DNA of 64,000 nucleotides from an uncultured Chthonomonadaceae bacterium. Its GTDB lineage: Bacteria; Armatimonadota; Chthonomonadetes; Chthonomonadales; Chthonomonadaceae. The DNA lies in the NCBI GenBank assembly GCA_963817895.1, contig CAWFQB010000006.1, forward strand, positions 64,001 to 128,000, written 5' to 3'. Below, one piece after another: positions 21,635-29,193 of the stretch. Both the position numbers and the translations under genes were made by a program. The first letter of the stretch is position 1. Each line of letters starts with the position of its first letter. A model generated the notes under the pieces. The model saw only the letters and a program-made list of their open reading frames with translations. It was not told the DNA's origin and searched no databases.

Positions 21635-22699
21635 TTTGCTTCTACTACGTGTATTCGCGTGGATTCGCGTCTAAATTCTTTTCTTCCAGGTTTCGCGGGC
21701 GCGTCCAGAAAGCGTCGTCGCGTCCGTTGTAGTAGTCGGACAAAACCAGTATCTATCACTTCCGAGGTTCGGGTTGCCGTATGTCCCGTGCTTGGACACT
21801 CGCCCCTGCCGTTAAGATGGTTGACAATGGTTTCGATCAGCGGCGTTTGAATGTGGCGCGGGTTGGGCAGGTCGAAGGTTTCATCACCGTGCCGATGCTG
21901 AAACTGTACCGGCTCATTGCTGAACGTGGACAGCGAAACGCGCCCGTCCGTGCCGGAAATCTCAATCACATCTTCGCGGATATGACCGGCAAAATTCCAT
22001 TGCGCTACTCCGAGCGCGCCGTTGCAATGTGAAACCGCATGGCAACGCTGTCTTCCACATCATGCGGACGTGGCGACATTGGCGGCGGTTCCGCTCACAT
22101 CCTGCAGCGGGCCGAGCATAAAATCCAGAATGTCAAGCGTATGGCAGCCCAGGTCGAGAAACACGCCCCCGCCCGCGTCTTCGGCAACCACGCGCCAGGG
22201 CAGATTTTGCGGGTCGAGATTCCGGTGCATCGGGCGAAGAGAAGCGGTAAGCTACGCCCGTCACGGTTCCAATGGCCCCTGTTTCAATCAGTTCTTTCGC
22301 TTTCAGGAACCGGGGCAGGGCGCGGCGGTAATACGCGACAAAAAGGGGCAATCCCGCCTTATCAAAGGCAGCCGTCATTGCCCGACATTCGACTCCGCTC
22401 CGCGCCATCGGCTTTTCGATATACGCGGGCTTGCCTGCCGCACACGCCTGCAGCGCGTAATCCAGATGCGAACCGGGCGGCGTGGCGATATAAATCGCGT
22501 TCACGTCGGGATGGTGAATAATCTCTTCGGCCTTGTCCGACCAGAACGGAACACCATGCCGATCGGCAAAATCCTTCGCCTTTTCGCCATCCCGCCGCAT
22601 CACAGCAACCAACGCGCTGCCGGCCACATTCTGGAATCCCGGCCCGCTTTTCACCTCGCACACATCCCCGCACCCGATAATGCCCCATTGTATGGTCAT
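21631..22699 (-). CDS. Gfo/Idh/MocA family oxidoreductase, frameshifted
   Basis: WGIIGCGDVCEVKSGPGF, IYIATPP..H, EKPMA, VAYYRRALPRF. Confidence 0.88.
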
Positions 22700-23033
22700 A
22701 GAAACTCCTGAAAACCGTAATGAATAACAAATCAACACATGTTCAAGAACACGCCAGAAGCGCAGTTACTGAACAGCGTCTAAAACATGTGGGAAGTATA
22801 CCATAGAGCCATTTGCGCGAGGACGCTTTTGCCCCGTAAATTAGGAAAAGCAGCAGGCTAATCGTTTTTCCTATCCAGCATAGCGCGCTTCCTGCGAAAT
22901 CGGTAAAACATTCGTGAGTACCGGTTGTGATGTTGTAATGCCCACAACTGAAATTGTTGAAAACGATAGGCAGGTAGTGTACAATAGAAGCGGGTACAGT
23001 CCGCTGCCCGCCACTATCTGAGAGGAGTAGACC

Positions 23034-23276
23034 ATGACCGTTACCATTGCGCCGGAGGTAGAAGTCAAATTGCAAGCCAAAGTCATCCAGGACGGCGACG
23101 ACATGGATAGCGTTGTGAACCGTCTTCTGGTTGCCGCGCTGGAGTGGGACGCCTTAGACCGCGAAGAAGCCATTGCAGGTATCCAGCGCGGTCTTGACGC
23201 CGGCGCGGCAGGGCGCGTCCGTCCGGCATCCGAAGTGTTTGCGCAGATGCGCGCGACGTTGAAGGCAGAAGCATGA
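23034..23276 (+). CDS. Putative type II antitoxin (ParD-like)
   Basis: 80 aa, AIAGIQRGLD..AAGRVRP..EVF motif, ATGA overlap with the downstream toxin, AGGAG RBS. Confidence 0.75.
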   Translation: MTVTIAPEVEVKLQAKVIQDGDDMDSVVNRLLVAALEWDALDREEAIAGIQRGLDAGAAGRVRPASEVFAQMRATLKAEA

Positions 23277-23617
23277 ACTACGAAGTCGAGTTCACCGATG
23301 TTGCCCATATGGAAGTTCAGGACATTTTGCTCTGGATGATAGGGCGTGACCCAAACGGGGCCAAACGCTGGCAGGAGGGTTTGGAAACAGCAGCAGAATC
23401 GCTTTCAATGTTCCCACGCCGTTGTCCGTTGGCTCCTGAGAACGAGGCATTCGATGTAGAAGCGCGTCAACTGCTGTATGGAGCCTACCGTATTCTGTAT
23501 ACGCTCATAGATAGCGACGATGATGGCGAGAACGACATTTGCACGTTCGGCGCGGCGCGCGCCAATACCTTCACCAGCAGGACGATCACGCCAGGTAAGG
23601 CGAACCTTGCATTGTAA
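23273..23617 (+). CDS. RelE/ParE family toxin (C-terminus frameshifted near 23538)
   Basis: YEVEFTDVA, L..FP.RCPLAPE, RQLLYG.YRILY; the expected LHVR.GAR ending is in another frame. Confidence 0.8.
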   Translation: MNYEVEFTDVAHMEVQDILLWMIGRDPNGAKRWQEGLETAAESLSMFPRRCPLAPENEAFDVEARQLLYGAYRILYTLIDSDDDGENDICTFGAARANTFTSRTITPGKANLAL

Positions 23618-23734
23618 CCACACGCGGCAAGTTCATCCAGTAAGTTGATGTTGACGGTTAAAGTTTTCCATTGGCCTGACGGATCACAAATGGGAGTGCA
23701 GCCATTTGTGATCCCATTTTGTAATCCTCTTGTT

Positions 23735-24184
23735 TCAGCCAACCAAACCTGTGCCTTTGTAGCGCCTGTTCTTCGCGGCTTCTGCCTGTTCAATAAATTC
23801 CATTATAACTTCCTTTTTGATACCGCCAGCATTGATACAAATCGTAGCCCCAGCCGACCCGAAAGCTAGTACTTGCTGCCGTGTTCCGAAGTAAAGCCCA
23901 ACGAACAATAAAGCAATCACGAGGCCAACAACAAAGAGAATACTGCCGTCATTGTGAACACCGAAAGCCGCAAAGGCCCCTGAGATCAAAGAGATGGCAG
24001 CGATGATGAGAAAGACAGAATTGCTGGAACTTACAGTAGCACAGGAAGCTAATTCCTCCAGCATGATGCTGATTAGCTCACCACTTCCGGTTGCCTGTAC
24101 GTCATAACGAATGCGGTGAGAGGTAAGGACAAGACTGCCACTGGGGGACTTGAGCAAGATTTGCTCATCGGGAAAAAGGTTCAT
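23735..24184 (-). CDS. Hypothetical two-TM membrane protein
   Basis: 149 aa, LVLTSHRI PH-like start, two hydrophobic helices, AGGAGAG RBS. Confidence 0.7.
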   Translation of the reverse strand: MNLFPDEQILLKSPSGSLVLTSHRIRYDVQATGSGELISIMLEELASCATVSSSNSVFLIIAAISLISGAFAAFGVHNDGSILFVVGLVIALLFVGLYFGTRQQVLAFGSAGATICINAGGIKKEVIMEFIEQAEAAKNRRYKGTGLVG

Positions 24185-24277
24185 GCACTCTCTCCTTATA
24201 TGTAAATACTGTTGTTATGACTATACTTCAAAATTGTATTCGATTGTATGGTTTGCAAAATTGTATTTGCGCGAAGT

Positions 24278-24613
24278 TCACGCGATGGCAAAGTCGGTGT
24301 ATTGGCGCAAGTCTGCCGGGTGGAATGCGAGAACGATGTTTTCTTTCGGTACGCCCTCCTGCATTAACATTTCCGCGAGGCGCAGGTTGGTTCCGTCGTG
24401 TTGAATCCAAACTTTATCGTCCAATACGTCCACATGCAGATACACATCATCCACGCGCCGCTTGCCTTCCCAACCCACCTGCCCTAGCTGGTAATGCCCG
24501 ACCGTTTCATCACAAATCAGTTCGGTTCGCAGGTCGGCTTCGGAAGGGGTCATGGCGGCAACCTCTTCAAAAACACGCCGGACAATCACGCGAAATTCGC
24601 AGGTTCGATCCAT
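24278..24613 (-). CDS. xisI: XisI family protein
   Basis: D....HYQL..VGW....V....LHVDV.D.KVWIQHDGT...LAE.L...GVPKENIVLAFHP...RQYTDFA. Confidence 0.92.
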   Translation of the reverse strand: MDRTCEFRVIVRRVFEEVAAMTPSEADLRTELICDETVGHYQLGQVGWEGKRRVDDVYLHVDVLDDKVWIQHDGTNLRLAEMLMQEGVPKENIVLAFHPADLRQYTDFAIA

Positions 24614-25017
24614 TCCATTGCCTCCTTTTCCTGTGGGTCGTAGAAGATCAAGTGGGCGCGAAAGGCGCGCAGAATATGGCGAAAATCTTTCTCATCCAGC
24701 AGAAATTCGCGGATGCTGTTGGGGACAGCCAGATAGAGCACTCGTTCCGGCTCACGCAATTCCAGAATCGCCTGATAAATGCCGTATTGACCGAGCGCGT
24801 CTTCCAGATCATCCAACTCGGATAATCCAAGAAAACTCTTGATCTCAACAGCAATCTTCTGCCCTTCCTTTTCGGCGGCAATCGGCATTTCCGCTGCCAG
24901 ATCAATGTAGGCTTTACGTTTGCCGATTACAAGGCGGTAAGGATCATGCGTGATGTTCCATCCCTCCTTGATGAGCGCATTGCATACTTAAGTATGAAAA
25001 GTATCTTTAACAGGCAT
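24586..25017 (-). pseudogene. xisH: XisH family PD-(D/E)xK protein with an in-frame TAA at codon 10
   Basis: MPVKDTFHT*VCNALIKEGWNITHDPY...IDLAAE..IAAEK..QKIAVEIKSF...ALGQY...R.LYLAVP. Confidence 0.85.
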
Positions 25018-25475
25018 AAGCGAAGTATACCATAGAGCAATCCACAGATTGCTTTGCTTCTGGCAGTGCGTCGGAGAAAGCATCTGAGTCCTCCGTCTAA
25101 TGTGCCATACTTTGTACAATGAGCAGACAATTCAGAACCGTAGATTACGCGGCTACCAGATCAGCGCGCAGGCCGGGGATACGGTGACAATTCACTACAA
25201 AATCCGCGCCATTGCGGGCAAAGCCATTTCTTAACCTGTGAGAGAATTTCAGATACTTCTCTCCGACAGACTGCCGGCGAGGAACAAGCGGTCAGGAGAG
25301 GGGCCGTGTCCACAAGTGGACGCCCGGTGAGGTAATTACGCTGCAAAACTACCATAAATGCGATACAATAGGAAAAGCAGTCGGCAATGTTTGATGCTTC
25401 TGAATCCTATGCGCGTACATTCGCGTTCATTCGCGGCTAACTCTGTTTTATTTACATTGGGAACAAGGCGGTATT

Positions 25476-26114
25476 ATGGCGGCGGGGACAGATAAATCGC
25501 GGGTAACGGCGTGGCGGATTGTGGGCGCGTTTGCAGGCGTGTGGCTGCTCGGAACGTGGTTGTGGAACATCGGGCAGGCGCATCGTAACGGCCTGCCGCC
25601 CGAAACCGGCCCCGTCGTACTCGCCATGCAGAAGATCGGACAACTGCATACGGCCTCCTTCACGATGAAAGATGTGGTGCGCGACGAATCGCAGGTGGAA
25701 CCGGAGGGCGTGATCGGCAGCGTGCCGGGCGTGTCCAACGTGGTGCATTGGGCGACCCGCAATCAGGTGTTGGTGGTGGCGGATGGCGTGGTGGAAGCGG
25801 GCATTGACCTGTCGGCCATTACGCCGAAGGACGTGACGGGAACCAAAGACGCGACCGGCAAACCCGTGTGGCGCGTTCATCTTCCGCCCGTGACGATTTA
25901 CCCGCCGAACGTGAAAGTGCGCGTCGAGCAGAACAATCCCGGCTGGATGTGGCACGACGACAACATTGTTCCCAAAGCGCAGGAAAAAGCCTCGCAACGC
26001 CTGCGCGAAGCCGCCGACAACAGCGGCATCCGCAAGCAGGCGCAGGACAACGCCATCCAAACCCTCCACGCCATGCAGCAAACCATGGGCCGCGACGTAG
26101 AGTTTTACTTCTAG
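25476..26114 (+). CDS. DUF4230 domain membrane-anchored protein
   Basis: N-terminal TM, IGQLHTA, LVVADGVVEAGIDL, VHLPP, GIRKQAQDNA. Confidence 0.8.
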   Translation: MAAGTDKSRVTAWRIVGAFAGVWLLGTWLWNIGQAHRNGLPPETGPVVLAMQKIGQLHTASFTMKDVVRDESQVEPEGVIGSVPGVSNVVHWATRNQVLVVADGVVEAGIDLSAITPKDVTGTKDATGKPVWRVHLPPVTIYPPNVKVRVEQNNPGWMWHDDNIVPKAQEKASQRLREAADNSGIRKQAQDNAIQTLHAMQQTMGRDVEFYF

Positions 26115-26182
26115 AACGAAGCGCAACCCACACTTTAAAGGAGTTGAGGGAGTACCTGTGATGGTCAAGGTAATGAACCTTT

Positions 26183-27346
26183 TTACGGTTGTGAGATCAT
26201 TGAAATACACCATTTAAGCAATACATTGCGAACAATATACTCAAATGTGTGAAGTAGCATGGGCGTGTCCTCATGTTGCCAAGAAGCAGCAAATGTATAT
26301 GTCGCAATTCCACTCGGCACTTCGGCGTAACCAGATCCTTCTTCTATATTTCCTAAGAGACCAGGTGATTCACACATTGGTAAGGGAAAGGGTCTTCCTT
26401 CATGCAAAGCTTTCGACCTATAATCATAGATTTGGCTTAATGCTGCCCGCATATTAGTTTTCGACCACCTAAAACGCGCGTACTCGGGAGGGCAAAGTGT
26501 TGGCGCATCGGGAAGAAATTGCATAATAAAGCGGATGAACTTGCTTGTCACTCCTAATGAGGGTGCAATTTGCGCCGCAACTTTATAGGCCAATTCAGGC
26601 CCGCCCGAATTCATGAGTAGACTGAAAATTTCAGGCTTTGAGGCTTCGAGCTTATCTAATGGCGCTTCTGCTGCGCCATCCCAATGAACGGCAGCAGTTT
26701 CGATAGCAGAAACTAACATCAACCAAGCCAGTTCAGGGGCTGCTTCTGCAACCCACATGGCATTCTGATATGTCCGAGCGGCTACAACCAGAGCGGTGGC
26801 ACTCTGCGGCTTCATTCGTGGAATAGATGTGAAAGTGTTTATCAGGTTGATATTGTTAAGGCTATGTTCTCCTAGAGCATAAGGCATGATATATCGTCGG
26901 CCTGAGTATCTGCGTGACAGTACAGGCTGCGGATTATCGTTTAAATTTCGCGGCCTGCCACGAGGATCAGATTTAGGAACAAACTCGCGTAATACTCCGC
27001 CTACCTCCACGCGAATACCCAACGCCAGAGAAATGAGTGCTGCAATCTCATCGTGAAGGCCTCCCGCATGATAACGAGAATTATCCGTCTGTTTGCTTTG
27101 CCTGTTCTGGTACTCATCATCAAGTTGAATGCTATCAAACCGAAGTATGATGCCTGGTCGCAGAGAATGATCTTCTCCAAAGGCCGCCCCATTTAGTAGT
27201 TGAAATGGGCCGATCCCCGAAGACAACTCTCCAGTGATATGAGCATCTGTAAAAAGCGATAACTCATAAGATGTACGGATAGGGTTGTCATTGTAATATG
27301 CCTTCCAATTAGCATACACTTCCGGCCCTAATGGAATATCAGCCAT
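26183..27346 (-). CDS. HEPN domain protein (ApeA-like architecture), putative anti-phage ribonuclease
   Basis: Low-GC ORF; AWLMLVSAIE..A and IYDYRSKALHEG (RxxxxH); GGAG RBS before ATG 27346 (alternative GTG at 27406). Confidence 0.7.
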   Translation of the reverse strand: MADIPLGPEVYANWKAYYNDNPIRTSYELSLFTDAHITGELSSGIGPFQLLNGAAFGEDHSLRPGIILRFDSIQLDDEYQNRQSKQTDNSRYHAGGLHDEIAALISLALGIRVEVGGVLREFVPKSDPRGRPRNLNDNPQPVLSRRYSGRRYIMPYALGEHSLNNINLINTFTSIPRMKPQSATALVVAARTYQNAMWVAEAAPELAWLMLVSAIETAAVHWDGAAEAPLDKLEASKPEIFSLLMNSGGPELAYKVAAQIAPSLGVTSKFIRFIMQFLPDAPTLCPPEYARFRWSKTNMRAALSQIYDYRSKALHEGRPFPLPMCESPGLLGNIEEGSGYAEVPSGIATYTFAASWQHEDTPMLLHTFEYIVRNVLLKWCISMISQP

Positions 27347-27418
27347 AACAAAAACTCCAGCGTTATTATAGAATAAGGAACAGGTAGATCGCGTTTTTGT
27401 AATCACCTGCTCCTACGC

Positions 27419-27531
27419 TTGCGATAAAGGGGCGTCGTATGTTACAATGGGTTGTGAGGTCATTGCAGGTCGACGCCCATTCAGGACGTTGGAAGGCGGC
27501 GGGGGCGACGGGTTGCAGCCTGTCGCTTTTT
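27419..27531 (+). ncRNA. Predicted ~75-80 nt sRNA antisense to the IrrE-HEPN intergenic leader, with its own promoter and terminator
   Basis: TTGCGA-18-TACAAT with extended -10 TG (27419-27448); hairpin GCGACGGG-TTGCAG-CCTGTCGC followed by TTTTT (27505-27531); no ORF. Confidence 0.5.
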
Positions 27532-27571
27532 GCTTTTCTTCCAGAGTTACTTAGCCTATTTGTTGCTTGAG

Positions 27572-28165
27572 CTACACCAGTTTGCAGCGTTCCAGCGCAA
27601 TCTCCACGACTTTGCCGGACACCTCGAATTCACGGGCAATCCATTCCGCCAGATGCGCGATACCAAACTGATCCAACTCGGTGGTATCAATGCCCCGCTC
27701 TTCGGCGTACCGTTGCGCCCTCGCCCACGCTTCCGTTAATTCTGTGCGTGGAACCAGCATCATACCGGCCATGCGATTAGCTTGCGTTTCCATGCGCGTG
27801 TACAATTTGGCGTCCCTTGCGATCAGCCAGCGTTTCCAGTCGGCAATGTTAGCCGGACAATTTTCCCGAATGTAATCGCCATGCAGAAGAATGTGCGCCA
27901 ATTCATGCGCAATGGTAAAACGATACCGGGCAGGATGCCGCGTCATGACTTTTTCATCAATCATCAAATCCTGCTGATCCGTACTGAGGTAGCCAACGAT
28001 GCCAAAACGGTCACTGAAACCCGGAATAGGCACAATGCCAACGCGGAAATCCGTTTCCAGTATCTCCTCAATTGGAATGGGAATAATCCTCTGAGGCAGA
28101 TACTCGGCAAGAAAGGCTTCAGCGCGTTCTTCAAGCATTTCATCTGGAAGAAATGGTATGTTCAC
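27572..28165 (-). CDS. ImmA/IrrE family Zn metallopeptidase
   Basis: IPIPIEEI, RYRFTIAHELAH (HExxH), ETQANRMAGMMLVP, AREFEVS. Confidence 0.92.
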   Translation of the reverse strand: MNIPFLPDEMLEERAEAFLAEYLPQRIIPIPIEEILETDFRVGIVPIPGFSDRFGIVGYLSTDQQDLMIDEKVMTRHPARYRFTIAHELAHILLHGDYIRENCPANIADWKRWLIARDAKLYTRMETQANRMAGMMLVPRTELTEAWARAQRYAEERGIDTTELDQFGIAHLAEWIAREFEVSGKVVEIALERCKLV

Positions 28166-28170
28166 GCAAT

Positions 28171-28548
28171 CTAATACTCCCTTCGTATAGTGGCGATTAG
28201 CTCATCAAGCAGTGTCTCATCAACGGCGTCTCCTTCCAGTGTGCGGAACAGCGCGGGAAGTTTGCCCACAAGCTGTTCATCGTTGAGTATGCGAGGCGGC
28301 ACTTCGCCGCGATAAATGGAAGCAAGACGTACCGCTTCACGCCACCGCGAATCATTGGCATCAAGGCACAACGCTTTGCGATAGATGTCCAGCTTCGTGG
28401 CATCGGCAGGAGGAGCCATCTTTCCCCGTTCAATTTTGCTGTAATTGCCGGGATCGGAGCCGATAGACTCAGCAAACGCGCGCAGCGAGACACGCTGTTC
28501 GAGACGCAGCTCCTTGATGTACTCCCCAAAAGTGGTTGGTGTGGTCAA
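28171..28548 (-). CDS. XRE/Cro-CI family HTH repressor
   Basis: FGEYIKELRLEQRVSLRAFAESIG.DPGNYSKIERGK; AGGAG RBS 7 nt before TTG 28548. Confidence 0.88.
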   Translation of the reverse strand: MTTPTTFGEYIKELRLEQRVSLRAFAESIGSDPGNYSKIERGKMAPPADATKLDIYRKALCLDANDSRWREAVRLASIYRGEVPPRILNDEQLVGKLPALFRTLEGDAVDETLLDELIATIRREY

Positions 28549-28652
28549 TAGTTGTCTCCTCGTTGGGGTTTTACGCCGACTCCTTTTCACAATGTATTCA
28601 TAAGCAGAAGCCATCATGAGCTTCTTCAGTTACGCTGCCGAACACGAACAGC

Positions 28653-28713
28653 GTTGTATAAATTTTACAACAGTTTAACTCGAATGTCAAGTCTGTTGTA
28701 GAAAATTAACAAC
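28653..28713 (-). promoter_or_regulatory. Sigma70 promoter of the HTH-IrrE operon flanked by two operators GTTGTA-N7-(T/A)ACAAC
   Basis: Minus-strand TTGACA-17-TAAAAT (28690-28662); palindromes at 28653-28671 (covers the -10) and 28695-28713. Confidence 0.75.
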
Positions 28714-28834
28714 ACCAAGCGCCTGCGTTCCGTAACGCTGTTTTGTTCTCGTTCATAAACGTGCGCTGAATGTCACTTTTCGCCATTGAGACGAAAAACA
28801 TGACTTGAAGCCAGGTATACATAGGTTCAAACAA

Positions 28835-28878
28835 AAACAGGATGCTACGACACAAAGTGTGTCGTAGCATCCTGTTTC
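28835..28878. terminator. Long GC/AT hairpin downstream of the BolA-like gene
   Basis: AAACAGGATGCTACGACAC...GTGTCGTAGCATCCTGTTT; T-rich tail on the minus strand. Confidence 0.65.
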
Positions 28879-28902
28879 TTGCCTGCAAAGTCGGCAGACG
28901 CT

Positions 28903-29151
28903 TCAAGCGGCTTGCAGTTGGTCGTATTCCGCAGGCGTATATGTGAACAGCATAGAGATGCGCTGCGTGTCTGCTCCCAGAGTAGCGCGTAGAATGTTAA
29001 ATACCCTCTGTTGCCGCTCGACAAAGGACAATCCCTGAAAATTTTCGGAGAGAATACGACCATTATAGCGGTCTGTATCCGCTTCCAGCGTAACGTCACC
29101 CTGCACATCAGGAAAATTGGGGCGCAAGGCGTTCAAGATTTCTTGTTGCAT
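28903..29151 (-). CDS. Small BolA-fold-like protein
   Basis: I.S..FQG.S.VERQQRVF..L...L......I.ML.TYTP.EY pattern. Confidence 0.5.
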   Translation of the reverse strand: MQQEILNALRPNFPDVQGDVTLEADTDRYNGRILSENFQGLSFVERQQRVFNILRATLGADTQRISMLFTYTPAEYDQLQAA

Positions 29152-29193
29152 CGGTTTACAATTTGACTCACTTGCTGCCAGTTGGAACGCGCG

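Noticed and set aside
11865..22699. Programmed frameshifting or phase variation explaining the broken genes
   Set aside because: Indels are too numerous, scattered across unrelated genes and mostly not at long slippery runs; sequencing error is simpler.
25120..25400. Possible gene remnant or ncRNA between xisH and DUF4230
   Set aside because: Only short open stretches and no convincing promoter-terminator unit; cannot be supported.
22740..29160. Prophage or ICE around the HTH-IrrE pair
   Set aside because: No integrase, structural, replication or conjugation genes and no att repeats were found.
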